Shown here: positions 1 through 12,654 of the stretch, in pieces
How positions within the stretch are numbered: the stretch's first letter is position 1
Layout of the letters: each line of letters opens with the position of its first letter
Source: Octopus sinensis
Lineage: Eukaryota
DNA length: 64,000 bases
Assembly (NCBI RefSeq): GCF_006345805.1
Contig: NC_043013.1
Coordinates: forward strand, 43,896,001-43,960,000
Direction: 5' to 3'
Program-made: the position numbers and the translations under genes
The notes under the pieces: generated by a model
Seen by the model: the letters and a program-made list of their open reading frames with translations, nothing else
Databases searched by the model: none
Told to the model about the DNA's origin: nothing

Positions 1-108
1 GCATCTTGCAGCTCACCTGTGAAGGACCAGCGTCCCGTCCAGGTGGGGAACCTATACGCCAAGGAAACTGGCCCTATGAGCCAGGGTAGCTCGAGAAAGA
101 ACAAACAA
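1..108 (+). mobile_element. 3' part of tRNA-headed SINE (group D), cut by window start
   Basis: Matches the 3' third of the full copy at 32114-32417 (gcagctcacctg...ggtggggaacctatacgccaag...ctcgagaa.gaacaaacaa). Confidence 0.8.
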
Positions 109-322
109 ACAATGATTAGGCTAGTGCTTTTCAAACATTTTTAATAATTGACTATTTTGTTTTACTTACAATTTTTCAACACTTCCTCCCTTGTTCAATC
201 GACCCATCCAAATCACACATTTTAAATATACATACATATAATATCAAGCTTGAGCAATTTAATTCCTGGAACTAATTTGATGTTGGAGACTATTTACCTC
301 AGCACCATTCAACTATAATATA

Positions 323-833
323 TCATAAATCCTCAAATATAATCTGCATTTTTTCCCCAGAATTTAAAGGTCAAAATCCCTGGTGCGTACTATATACGAG
401 GTTAAAATGAAAATTATTTTCCAAGCAATGTCCAAGTCTCTATTTGCTGTCCGGCAATGTTTATTCAGACGCATTTTGTGATGTTGGGCACGAAAATACC
501 TTAAGCTAAACCTGAAAGCAATGAAGTCATAAAAGAATCATCCATAACTTGCAGTAAGCAACATTTATTAAACATTATTACTGTTATTTCTTTATTTTCT
601 GCAAGCAAAATGCACAAAAAAGCTACACGTTTGCATTATGTTATGTGTACAATAATAATAAAGGACATTACCGTATACATTTTTACAAACCAAGGATGTT
701 ATATAGATCTCCTTGACTCAAGTTAGAGAAGGGGTGCGTATTATACACAAGGTTTAGGTTTTTCAGAGGTACAGCCCCCTAAAAATCCCCTGCGTATTAT
801 ACTCAAGGGCGGACTATACTCGAGGATTTACGG
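323..833 (+). mobile_element. Non-autonomous TA-flanked DNA transposon (Tc1/mariner superfamily, probably pogo-like MITE), copy 1
   Basis: Terminal inverted repeats (t/c)c(a/g)taaatcctc...gaggatttacgg flanked by TA; ends shared with 3029-3549. Confidence 0.8.
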
Positions 834-999
834 TAATTTAATACAAGATACGAAAATTCTGTATAACTGTATTACTATAATGATAACTGGTGGTAGTCTC
901 TCATAGTCCAATAAAGGCAGTTCTGCAATTTTTTGCCGAATGACCTGCACAAATAATTTGATTATAGTGATCAAAGGTATGCGCTGTGCATTTGCTCAC

Positions 1000-1188
1000 T
1001 CTCTCCATCAAATCAACATTGCTTGGACAGGTGTACAGTATACCACGTTTGAGGTGTTAAAGTGATCACAGAGCAATTTAAGATGAACCATTTTACTCAA
1101 GAACACAATACACCACCTGGTCAGAAATTGAACTCACAATCTCATGATTAAGAGTGCAACACTCTAACCACTAGGCCATGTGCCCTCA
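1000..1188 (-). mobile_element. tRNA-headed SINE fragment (group C-like)
   Basis: Reverse complement gagggcacatggcctagtggttagagtg...gagttcaatttctgacc has A-box and B-box-like motifs. Confidence 0.6.
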
Positions 1189-1193
1189 TATTC

Positions 1194-1803
1194 CTTTCTA
1201 CTCTAGGCACAAGGCCTGAAATTTTGGGGGAGGGGGGCCAGTTAATTAGATCTACCCCAGTATGGAACTGGTACTTAAATTATTGACTCCAGTATGCAAC
1301 TGGCACTTAATTTATCGACCCCGAAAAGATGAAAGACAAAGTCGACCTCAGCAAAATTTGAACACAGAACGTAAAGACAGATGAAATACCTATTTCTTTA
1401 CTACCCACAAGAGGCTAAACACAGAGAGGACAAACAAGGACGGATAAACAGAGTAAGTCGATTATATTGACCCCAGTGCATAACTGGTACTTATTTAATC
1501 GACCCCGAAAGGATGAAAGGCAAAGTCGACCTCGGCAAAATTTGAACTCAGAACGTAGTGGCAGACGAAATACCTATTTGTTTACTACCCACAAGAGGCT
1601 AAACACAGAGAGGACAAACAAGGACAGACAAACAGATTAAGTCGATTATATCGACCCCAGTGCATAACTGGTACTTATTTAATCGACCCCGAAAAGATGA
1701 AAGGCAAAGTACCTTGGTGGAATTTGAACTCAGAATGTAGTGGCAGGCAAAATACCGCTAAGCATTTCGCCTGGCATGCTAATGTTTCTGCCAACTTGCC
1801 ACC
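1194..1803 (-). mobile_element. SINE group B (Deu/Nin-like central domain) with three head-to-tail internal units, period about 184 bp
   Basis: Head ggtggcaagttggcagaaac at 1803; repeated gaggtcgactttgcctttcatcctttcggggtcgat core; junctions at 1574/1575 and 1390/1391. The Deu/Nin assignment is from recalled similarity. Confidence 0.85.
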
Positions 1804-3028
1804 TTCATACACCCTCATATTACTAGAATTCTCTAATGCTTTACATGGTTCAACCTATGCAAGTTAAATGTGTGAATAACAAAATAGGTATTTTGAAAAG
1901 AATTATCAATAAAACTAGTTTTTAAACACTGAATGGCTATGTGGGTCCACCAGAATAAAATAGGAATTAAAGGGGCCCATAAATAAAAATGGTAGAAAAC
2001 TACTGATCTAAACCCTTCAAGGTAGAGCCCCAGCATGAGAGTAAAAGAGAAATGTATATTAAACACACATGCCGTGTGTGTGTGCGTTGGTGGAGTTTTG
2101 TATTTGCCAATTTAAGAAGCTCTGGCCTGAAGTACGATAAAGACTTTGCTGATAAGGACTACTATGTCCTAAATATGTCCAGAGTTGTCACTGTATTGCC
2201 AAAGATCAAACTCACCCCACCACCACCATCACTTCATTTTATTTTTAGATTTCAAGTTAAATACCAAGAGTTATCTACCCTGCCTTTCTTGTCTCTCATA
2301 AGCTGATATTTTCCTTATCACTGTGAATGTAATTTTAATCGACTAAAACATTAATACCTCACTCCATCACATTACTATATGGCTTAGTAAAGTCTATATT
2401 TCTAATATCCACTTTTTGAGTTCTTGAAAAAAAAACCTGTTCAAAGACTAGGGAACTTGAGAGCAAGTCTCCTTAATTTCCTGTAATTAATAAGCCAAAC
2501 CCACTATATGTCCCCTATTCCCGTTTTTTTAAACAGCAGGGAAGATTTAAAACAGTCCCTGTTCCCAGAAATAAAAAAAGAGAAAAAAGACCATTTGGTG
2601 ACCATCTGTTAATCAAATCTTCTACTTCTTACTCCTTCTGCACTACACAAGCCCTGTGTAATGGTTTAAAAGTTTATAGAAGCTACTACTACTGTAAAAA
2701 GCTACTGTTTACTGCTGTTCCTGTTACTATGTCTAACACCACTACAGACTCTGATTGCAAATTGTGTTAAAGGATTAACCCTTTCACAGATAATTTCTTA
2801 TTTCTTGTTTTCAAGAATAAAACTTACTCAGTTCCAGCTTAGTCAGAGAATCAGAATTAGCAGTTAATCTACCCAAATGATTTAGATTAATTAGTGATAT
2901 CCAGCCCAAACATTCTACCTGTTCTATGTTCCATTCAGCAAGATCTGGCCTTTCACACATACCCTATAATGTCATTCTCAAAATAAATGTTCAACCCAGT
3001 ATATGACTGTTACCCAAGGTGCCACATA

Positions 3029-3549
3029 CCGTAAATCCTCAAGTATAGTCTGCCCTTGAGTATAATACACAGGGGATTTTTAGGGGGCTGTACCGCCTAA
3101 AAACCTAAACATTATATATAATACGCACCCCTTCTCTAACTTGAGTCGTGCATAATTAAACCAGCAGCACCTAGTCGAACAAACACTTCCATGCATGCGT
3201 AATACAATAATGGTGATGTTCTTAACTGTTATATGGGAATGTAAATATGTTTGCAAATTGTTTTTGTTACATGTTATTCTGTGTTCTGAATACTTTTATT
3301 TTAATAAATCTTGCTTACTGCAAGTTATGGATGATTCTTTTATGACTTCATTGCTTTCAGGCTTAGCTTAAGGTATTTTTGCGCCCGACATCACAAAATG
3401 CGTCTAAATAAACATTGCCGGACAGCAAATAGAGACTCGGACATTGATTAGAAAATAATTTTCATTTTTAACCTCGTGTATAATATGCACTAGGGATTTT
3501 GACCTTTAAATTTTGGGGGAAAATGCGGATTATACTCGAGGATTTATGG
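3029..3549 (-). mobile_element. pogo-like MITE copy 2, inserted into a CORE-type SINE
   Basis: TA|ccgtaaatcctcaagtata ... tatactcgaggatttatgg|TA; flanks cccaaggtgccaca and gctggactgaacc rejoin into the SINE-A consensus. Confidence 0.88.
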
Positions 3550-4432
3550 TAGCTGGACTGAACCTGCAATCATGTGTTTGGGAAGAAAGCTTAACCATAC
3601 GGCTACACTTGTAGTGATTTAGTCACTGTATAAAGCATGCCTAATGTAAAAGATTAATACTTATTATAATGGTGATCATGCAACAATATGTATGTAAGCT
3701 AAAAACTCAATCACCTCTAAATCAAATTATAGAAAATTCTGAAATTTATATAAAATTTATATACTTCAAGAACAAAAAGAAACCTGTCAAGATATCAAAA
3801 CCTGGGATTGAAATAGGGACCTTTAGGATCTTCTTATTCACACCTCAATTTATTTTGGCTATTTTCAAATGGTTTTGTAATTTGCGCAAATATATTTAGT
3901 AAAAATATTTTACAGAGATTCACCAAACGAAATTTTGTTAATTGGTAGAGAAAAATCTCATTCCATAGGCGCAGGAGTGGCTGTGTGGTAAGTAGTTTGC
4001 TTACTAACCACATGGTTCCGGGTTCAGTCCCACTTTTTTAAGCATGGTACTTATTCTGTTAGTTAGACATAGGTCACTAAAAGTAATATTCCCAAATAAT
4101 TATAACATATATATATATATATATACTGATGATGATGATGATGGAGTAAGCACATAAATGTGAAACAAGGTGGAAAAAAGAGTATACATTATACACATGA
4201 GTGCAGCATGGCTGTGGGTTAAGAAGTCTGCTACCCAACCACATGCTTCCAGGTGCAGTCTCACTGTGTGACACTTTGGGCAAGTGTCATAGACTATAGC
4301 ACCAGGCTGACTAAAGCCTTGTAAGTGGATCTGGTAGGCAGTAACTGAAAGAAGCCCCCAGCACACACACACATATATATATATATATATAATATGTATG
4401 TAGGAAGTTGAAAAGGAACACACATGTTGATA

Positions 4433-4615
4433 TATATGGAAAAAAAAGTCAAGGTAGAAAATGCTAAAATAATTTTGTAAAAAACATTTCAGTACCAGTT
4501 TCAGTCATTGAGACTTTTTCAACTCTAAGTATGGAAAACAATTAAATTTAACTGAAACCGGTACTGAAATGTTTTTTTATAAAATTATTTTAGCATTTTC
4601 TACCTTGACTTATTT

Positions 4616-4624
<9 letters not shown>
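4433..4624. repeat. Inverted-repeat hairpin, Penelope-like terminus
   Basis: Arms 4433-4505 and 4551-4624 are reverse complements (aagtcaaggtagaaaatgcta / tagcattttctaccttgactt); contains a gaaaccggta motif. Confidence 0.75.
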
Positions 4625-4653
<29 letters not shown>

Positions 4654-4683
4654 GTATATATATATATACATATGTATATATAT

Positions 4684-4850
4684 AATCAATTCAAATAAAT
4701 GAGTAATAATTAACAGACAAGAGTATATGCACAAGAAATATATTAGCTTGATGCACGGTGAAAGGAGAGTTTGACGTTTCAAGCATAGCTCTTTGTCAAG
4801 AAGGAGAAAGGGAAATGTCCAAAGAAGGAAAAGAAATCACAACAGCACAC
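4684..4850 (-). mobile_element. Penelope-like terminal fragment with degenerate hammerhead-like core
   Basis: Minus strand 4772-4800 reads ttgacaa-agagc-tat-gctt-gaaacgtc, resembling CTGANGA-stem-GAAACGTC. Confidence 0.5.
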
Positions 4851-5766
4851 GTAATTGTGTGTGTGTGTATGTGTGCACACACGTGTGTGTTTGTTCTCAT
4901 GGTGTTTGTTTATGTCTCTATTACATACCGGTTTGGCAAAAGAGTCCAACAGAATAGGTACCGAGATAAAAAAAAAAAGTTGTGCAGTTGATTTGTTCTA
5001 ATAAAAAAAGCCTTCAAGTGAGTACCCCAGCATGGCCTCGGTCCAATGACTGAAAACAAGTAAAAGGGAGAAGACATACACACGTGCACATATGTACGTA
5101 CATACACACAGACACATGTGCACATACATAAAAATGCATACACACACATGAGGTTTATCCTTATCATAATGACTAGCAGAAAACACCCTGGAGGGTCGTG
5201 TTTCTGCTGGTAAACAAAATTTTTTACTAAAATTCTGTAACATAATCGCAGGCTTAATTGTTATTTGTACATTCTCATTTCTTTCTCTCTTTCTCATTTA
5301 GTCAACCTAACATTAAATCAAATTTGTATGAAAATACTTAGTGTAATATATGGTACACTTCGTACTACAAGCATGGTATTTTTTCTTTAAATAAATTTTT
5401 GTTTTTAGTTGTGTGGCCTAATTTATAATGAGCAAAATCTTTCAAGATCTACCACAAGAAAAAAAAAAGGCTATCTGTGCCTGATGTGGAACATGTGTAT
5501 CTGTGATCAAATGTATAAGAGTTGAAAACTAATGAAACAGATTGGACCCACCATAAATATGAGGTGGGAAAGGGCTAGATATGGTTTCAAGGAAGACAGG
5601 AAGTTGAGTCAGCATGGAAGTGTTCTTAGACTGAGATGCCCATACAAATCCCTCTCTCTCACACACACACACACTTTCTCTAAAATAGCAAGAAATTCTG
5701 AGAAGTATACATATATAGATTTATTTATCATCATCATCTCTCTCTCTCTTCCATGTGTGTGTGTAT

Positions 5767-5808
<42 letters not shown>

Positions 5809-5814
5809 TAAAAA

Positions 5815-6007
5815 CGTTAAGATAACAAAAGAAAGAAAGAGACCTCAATATTATGTAAATAGAGGAAATTTATCTGTAAAATAATATGTGACAATTATTC
5901 AATGGCCAAGATAAAACTCTGAGTTACGGATGCCAAGGTGGAAATCCACAACACCATCTCTTCGGTTATCTGGCCATCTATAATTGTCACATATTATTTT
6001 ACAGATA
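5815..6007. repeat. Inverted-repeat hairpin, Penelope-like
   Basis: Arms 5871-5908 and 5971-6007 (tatctgtaaaataatatgtgacaatta / taattgtcacatattattttacagata). Confidence 0.7.
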
Positions 6008-6242
6008 TATATGTATATCTTTTACTTCTTTCAGTCAGTTAACTGTGGCTGTGCTGGGGCACCGTCTTGGGGAATATTTTATTTGAATGTATCAACCCCC
6101 AGTATGTTTTTTAAAAGCTTGGTACTTATTCTGTTGTTCTCTCTTTGCAGAGCCACTAAGTTACAGGGATGTAAACACACCAGCACCAGTTGTGAAGTTG
6201 TGGGGAAGGGGGGCAAAAAAGATATATATATATATATATATA

Positions 6243-6455
6243 TTATTCATCATCATCGTCGTCGTTTAACGTCAGCTTTCCATGCTGGCATGGGTTGGAC
6301 AGTTTGACTGAGGGTTGGTGAGCCAGTAGGCTGTACCAGGCTCCAGTTTGATCTGGCAAAGTTTCTACAGCTGGGTGTTCATCCTAATGCCAACCACTCC
6401 AAGAGTGTTGTAGGTGCTTTTACATGCCACCAGTATGAGGGCCTGTCAGGTGGTA
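6243..6455 (-). mobile_element. 5'-truncated RTE LINE 3' UTR copy
   Basis: (CAT)n tail plus ttaacgtc..ctttccatgctggcatgggttggacag; same sequence as the 3' end of 15958-16816. Confidence 0.8.
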
Positions 6456-6456
6456 C

Positions 6457-6488
<32 letters not shown>

Positions 6489-6790
6489 CATACAACAGGC
6501 TTCCTTCAGTTTCTCTCTATCAAATCCAAAGCTTTAGCAGAATACACTTGCCCAAGGTGCCATGCAGTAGAACTGAACCTTGTGGTGGGGAAGCAAGCTT
6601 CTTACCACAGAGCCATATATATAGGTATATGCACAAACCCATATATATATATGTATCTGCACCTTCGAAACGTAAAAGACTTGTTTTATTTATATTCCTG
6701 AGCGCCATACTAATATAAGAGTTTTGACTGTTATTTCCAGCAGATAGACATACTTAGTATGTCCTTTGATTAATTTTATATATATTTATG

Positions 6791-6900
6791 AATATTTAGC
6801 AGAAGCAACAGAGTGACTGAAGCTCTGGATGAAGGTTTGATAAGTGCCAATGCACGAAATTCTCAGACCTTGAATCACTGTGTTACCTCTGCTAAATATT
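6791..6900. repeat. Inverted-repeat hairpin, Penelope-like
   Basis: aatatttagcagaagcaacagagtgact / aatcactgtgttacctctgctaaatatt; the left arm recurs at about 7594-7625. Confidence 0.65.
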
Positions 6901-6959
6901 AATAAAGGTAAACATATATTCATATTTTTAGTTCTGTTATTCCTGTTTGCATCACAATA

Positions 6960-7350
6960 CTTTTACTCTTTTACTTGTTTCAGTCATTTGACTGTGGCCA
7001 TGCTGGAGCATCGCCTTTAGTAGAGCAAATCAACCCCAGGACTTATTCTTTGTAAGTGTAGTACTTATTCTATTGGTCTCTTTTGCCGAACCGCTAAGTT
7101 ACAAGGACGTAAACACACCAGCATGTTTGTCAAGCGATGTTGGGGGGACAAACACAGACACACAAACATATATATATAAATATATACAACGGGCTTCTTT
7201 CAGTTTCCATCTACCAAATCCACTCACAAGGTTTTGGTCGGCCTAAGGCTATAGTAGAAGACACTTGCCCAAGGTGCCATGCAGTGCAACTGAACCCGGA
7301 ACCATGTGGTTGGTAAGCAAGCTACTTACCACACAGCCACTCCTACGCCT
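6960..7350 (-). mobile_element. Full-length tRNA-derived CORE-type SINE (group A)
   Basis: Head ggcgtaggagtggctgtgtggtaag, CORE-like accttgggcaagtg, internal (TA/TG)n, tail gactgaaacaagtaaaagagtaa. More than 20 copies or fragments in the window. Confidence 0.9.
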
Positions 7351-7361
7351 ATATATTTTAT

Positions 7362-7597
7362 TAATATTTAGCATAAGTATGGCAGTGACCTGGCAGAATA
7401 ATTAGCACGCTGACCAAAATGCTTAGTGGTATTTCATCTGTCTATGCATTCTGGGTTCAAATTCTGCTGAGGTTGACTTTGCTTTTCATCCATTTGGGGG
7501 TGATAAATTAAGTACCAGTGAAATACTGATGTCGATGTAATTGACCAGTCTCTTCCACCCAAAATTTCAGGTCTTCTGCCTTTAGTAGAAAGGAATA
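7362..7597 (+). mobile_element. SINE group B, diverged
   Basis: ggcagtgacctggcagaataattagc...gaggttgactttgcttttcatcc...aaatttcaggtcttctgcctttagtagaaagga. Confidence 0.75.
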
Positions 7598-7819
7598 TTT
7601 AGCAGAAGCAACAGAGTGACTGAAGATTTGAGAGTTTGCATGTTGGCACTTATCAAACACCTGTATATTATACATATATATAAATACATATGCTTTGAGA
7701 AACATAAGTATGTATGTAAATTTTTAACATTTCTGCCAATGGATCTTAGGTAGGCTAGGGCATTGTTTTGAGAAGTGCAAGCAGTTGTGGATCCCAGTAC
7801 TTGACTGATACTTACTAAA

Positions 7820-8139
7820 CACCCACAAGGTTATCAACCACCTCACCAACAACAACACTGAACACCTTTTTGATCTCCATGTGTCTAACACACGTGGACA
7901 TGCCTACAAAGTCAGAAAACAACACAGCTCCCATGACTTTCGGAAACATTTTTTCACGCTCAGAGTTGCTGAAGCATGGAATAAACTGCCTGCGTCAGTT
8001 GTTGACTGCCATGACACTGCATCCTTTAAGGCCCTCATGCTTTCCGAAATCCGCCGAAACTACACCTGATTATATATACACTTTAGATGAGTTGTAGTGC
8101 ACCTGAGCACTGTACACAATTATTATTATTATTATTATT
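7820..8139 (+). mobile_element. CR1/L2-group LINE 3' end (ORF2 C-terminus plus (ATT)n tail)
   Basis: Translates SNTRGHAYKVRKQHSSHDFRKHFFTLRVAEAWNKLPASVV, the TRGH..K...FF..RV...WN.LP motif of CR1-type ORF2, then a short UTR and (ATT)n. Confidence 0.9.
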
Positions 8140-8347
8140 TAACAGCATATGAAGGATAAAAAACACGATTGTTTTATCTAAGATTTGAACTGAGAACAGA
8201 AAGATTGTAACCAAATATTGCAGAAATTTAGTCTGACACTGTGTTTGGGCGAGCAAACCACAGACACTAGAGTACTTGAAGCATGTCTAAGAGTTTATTC
8301 ATTAATTTAAAGTGGTAGCAGTGAAGTCACCATAACAAACATGTGAA

Positions 8348-8378
<31 letters not shown>

Positions 8379-8604
8379 CATACATACATACATACATACA
8401 TACAGTCAATCCAAACAAGAACAAGCAAGAAGAAACAACAACGTGAAGACATGGTACAAGTACTGTGTTATTGGATGCTCAGGAAAGGAAAGAGGATTTC
8501 ATATTTTGAGCAGAGCTCTTCATCAGAAATATAGAAAAAGTACAAAGAAGGGAAGACAGAGAAAGAAAATCGCCAACATGCGAAGATAAAAGATATATAT
8601 ATCT

Positions 8605-9360
8605 TTAATCTTTTACTTGGTTCAATCATTAGACTGTGGCCATGCAGGGGCACCATCTTGAACAATTTTTAGCCAAACAAATCATACCCTGGATTTTTTT
8701 AAAAAGCCTGGTACTTATTCTATCAGTCTCTTTTATGGTACTGCTAAGTTATGAGGCTGTAAACAAACCAACACCAGTTGTCAAGTGGTGATGGGGACCA
8801 AACACAGAACAAATGCACACACACACACACACAGAGGCTTTCTTCAGATTGCATCTACCAAATTCACTCACAGGGCTTTGGTCAGCACAAGGCTAGGTGC
8901 TAGAAAGTGGGACTGAATCTGGAACCATGTGGTCAGAAAGCAAACTTCTTACCCTACAAACCATCATTTAATCTTTTGTTTCAGTCATTTGACTATGGCC
9001 ATGCTGGAGCACTGTCTTCAAGAATTTTAGTCAAATGAATGGATCCCAATACTTTTTTTTTTCCTTAGCTTAGTACTTATTCTATTGATCTCTTTCGCTG
9101 AACCACTAAGTTTTGGAAACATAAACACACCAACACCGGTTGTGAAGCAATGGAGGGGCACACACACAGCAGGCACAAAGACATACACATACACACACAC
9201 ACACACGTATATATATATATATATATATATATGACAAGTTTCTTCCAGTTTCCATCTAGCAAATCCACTCACAAGGCTTTGGTCAGCCTGAAGCTAGAGT
9301 AAAATTTAATTTCCTAAGGTAGGACTGAACTCAGAACCATGTCATTGGGAACCAAACATT
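8605..9360 (-). mobile_element. Two adjacent diverged CORE-type SINE-A copies (about 8605-8965 and 8970-9360)
   Basis: Both show the reverse-complement tail cagtcatt.gact.tggccatgc and head-proximal gaaccatgt motifs. Confidence 0.75.
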
Positions 9361-9396
9361 TTCTCACATTGTCCTGCTTGTACCTGTATGTGTTCA

Positions 9397-9428
<32 letters not shown>

Positions 9429-9429
9429 A

Positions 9430-9471
<42 letters not shown>

Positions 9472-10289
9472 TGCCTTACTGGTGGCACGTAAAAAGCACC
9501 AACCGATCGTGACCAATGCCAGTAACCCCAGCGTGGAAAACAGAAGTTAATCGATGTTGATGATGATGATGATGAATTATATATATATATACACATATAC
9601 ATATCCACTATCATACTGATTGTGCTTCAGGATTATGTTACTAAGGGTAGACATGTCTGTGGAATACTCAGTCACTTATACACTAATTCAATATGCAGGT
9701 ACTTTAGTTGATCAGAAGATTGGATATTTTATACAGAGATCCACGTATTGCATGCCTATGTGTGAGTATATGCATGACTGTAAATGTAAATGAATATATA
9801 AACATATGTGTGTATGTTGTGTGTGTGTGTGTTGCATGTGTGTGTGTGTGTGCATTTAAACTTATCAAGAATTACTAGATTCTGCTGTTCCACTAGTAAC
9901 ACTATTCCCTTCTTATCATTTTAACCTTTACATATCATTCCCGCTCTTTCTTCTTCACACACAGCCTTTCTCTCTTTCAAACATTCACACACATACACAC
10001 ACACACACACTTTATAAACAAACAGGTAAAGAAGAAAAAAAGTGTCTAAAGAAACTGATGGGGGTCTGCAGTCAGCAAAAATTTTATAGTGACATTTAAA
10101 ATTCATGAATTTGGAGTAGTTTGTATGCCCCGAGGGAAAAGAAATATTTTGCTATTTTGTTGTTCTGGGGCTCTTTCTTCATCTGAGAGAGAGAGCTGAC
10201 TATCAGAGATCCAGGCAGACACTTTATCTCACATATGGCCTGGTAAATCTAAACATGTGTGTGTCCCCTATAGGATATTGCCTTAAGGT

Positions 10290-10325
<36 letters not shown>

Positions 10326-10829
10326 GATATCATAGGTGAAGCATGGCTGTGTGATAAAGAAGCTTGTTTTGTAACCATGTAGTTTTGGGTTCAGTCCCAC
10401 TGTGTGGCACCTTGGGCAAGTGTCTTCTACAACAGCCTTGGACAGACCAATGCCTCGTGACTGTATTTAACAGATAGAAAAAGTGTGTGAAAGCTTGTCT
10501 CTCACACACACTATATATATATATATATATATATATAACTACAAAATTAGAGAATGGAGAAATATACTTAAATCAGTAAAACATCAACTATCCGATGATA
10601 CTCAATCCATACTTTAATACACCATTACATATGAGTAAAGGCAATACATAAAATGAAATGAGATATACAGTAATAGTAAAAAGATAAAGAGATATAAGTA
10701 AAAAATTTTTTTCAAATATAATATGCAAATAAATCAAAACTGACAGCTGTTTCGGCAGTGAGGACAGTCATACCTCATTTAACCTATAAGCCATAAAGGC
10801 AGGTATATATATATATGTATGTATGTATA

Positions 10830-11045
10830 TACAATATATATAGCAGCACAAAGTTTTGTCAGTGAACAGGTTGTGGCCTCAAAGCGACGAAAATATTTTG
10901 ACAAATTAAATTTAAATATTAAAGTGAATCTAACAGTTTTTGTGTTTCTTAAATGGCTTATAAACACCTTCCACGCTGCAATTGTTTTTGTTCCAGCACA
11001 CGATCTCAGATCAAGTCATTCGCTATGCAAGTACATCTCCATAAT
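10830..11045. mobile_element. Penelope-like repeat fragment, same family as 35636-35945
   Basis: Shares ttgtcagtgaacagg...gcgacgaaaatattttgacaaattaaa...cttccacgctgcaattg...gtacatctc. Confidence 0.65.
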
Positions 11046-11092
11046 ATATCTATCTATCTATCTATATCTATATCTATATATATACATATCTC

Positions 11093-11175
11093 CAGAATTT
11101 ATAAGGAGTGGAATAGGTAGAATATAGGCTAATATGTAACCTTTATTCTGCCTATTCCACTCCTTATAAATTATG
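11093..11175. repeat. 32-bp-arm hairpin
   Basis: cagaatttataaggagtggaataggtagaata / tattctgcctattccactccttataaattatg, two mismatches, 19-nt loop. Confidence 0.85.
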
Positions 11176-11785
11176 AATTTTCAATCACATTCTTAGTATC
11201 ATTAGTTGTTAACTGTAAGTTGTATGGAAGCAATCAGCATATGAAAATTCCTTGTAACTTTTATATAGGAAAAAGGAAGTAAGATGCAATGTTAATAAAT
11301 ATTCATTTTATTGTATACTGTCCACCGTGTGTTCTCTATACTAGCCACCTATTGCTTCAAACTTACTAACTTCCTACACTTGGATCCCTAGATCAGTCTT
11401 ACCCGTGTGTGTGCATGCATGCGTGCATTTGTCCCTACCACTGTGTTTGTGTCTACCACTGTTTGACAATCGATGTGGCTGTGTGGTAAGAAGCTTGCTT
11501 CCCAACCACATGGTTCCAGGTTCAGTCTCACTGCGTAGCACCTTGTTTCAGCAAAAGAGATCGATTGAATAATTTACCAGACATAAAAGAAGAAAAAAAA
11601 TAAGGCCTGAGTGGATTTGTTTGGTTAAATCCTTGGCTGTGGTCCAATGACTGAAACAAGCAGATGACAGAAGATATTACCATCACCCTCATCATGACCA
11701 TTATTATTATTATTATTATTATTAATAGCTAGCCCTGTGCTGTCAAAAATGACAGCTAATTGTAGTATTTTATATCTCTCTTTAC

Positions 11786-12203
11786 TCTCTTTTACTTGTT
11801 TCAGTCGACTGTGGCCATGCCGGAGCACCGCCTTTAGTCGAGCAGATTGACCCCAGGACTTATTCTTTGTAAGCCTAGTACTTATTCTATCGGTCTCTTT
11901 TGCCAAACTGCTAAGTTACAAGGACGTAAATACACCAGCATTGGTTGTCAAGCGATGTTTGGGGGACAAACACAGACACACAAACATATACACACACATA
12001 CATACATATATATATACACACACACACACACATATATACGATATACTTCTTTCAGTTTCTGTCCACCAAATCCACTCAGAAGGCTTTGGTCAGCCCAAGG
12101 CTATTGTAGAAAACACTTATCTAAAGTGCCATGCAGTGGAAATGAACCCGGAACCATGTGGTTGGTAAGCAAGCTACTTACCACACAGCCACTCCTGCGC
12201 CTA
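11786..12203 (-). mobile_element. Full-length CORE-type SINE-A
   Basis: Complete head-to-tail match to other group A copies. Confidence 0.9.
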
Positions 12204-12619
12204 TATAAATATGGACAGTAAATCAAATTAATACACTTGTCAATGTTATCTAGTGGTTGTCTTTTGAGATGTGACTATGATCATCGTTTGTTACTGACAG
12301 AACACGGGTTCACACACACATTCACATACTTCCCTTGTACCCACACACACACATAAACTCACACAGAGTTGAAACACTGTTTGATTTTTTTTTCAGCGCT
12401 GAATGTTCACCATCCCACTTCCATTGCATACACGCAAACATTCACATATCTCCTTTTTACATACACACATATATACTCACACAGAGTTGAAACGCCCCCA
12501 CTACCAGTTTGCCATCACCCCTTCCTTCCTTATTCAGCTATCAACCATTCCTTTCTCATTCATACGTCGTGACAGAGAAAAACACAAGAGTATTATTATA
12601 GTAGATTATTATTGTCGTC

Positions 12620-12650
<31 letters not shown>

Positions 12651-12654
12651 ATGC

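Noticed and set aside
2052-2306. 84-aa ORF as an exon
   Set aside because: It has no convincing splice pair and shares sequence with the repeat at about 46700-46830.
5175-5210. Small hairpin agcagaaaacaccct/agggtcgtgtttctgct
   Set aside because: It is too short and single-copy to distinguish from chance or a TE relic.
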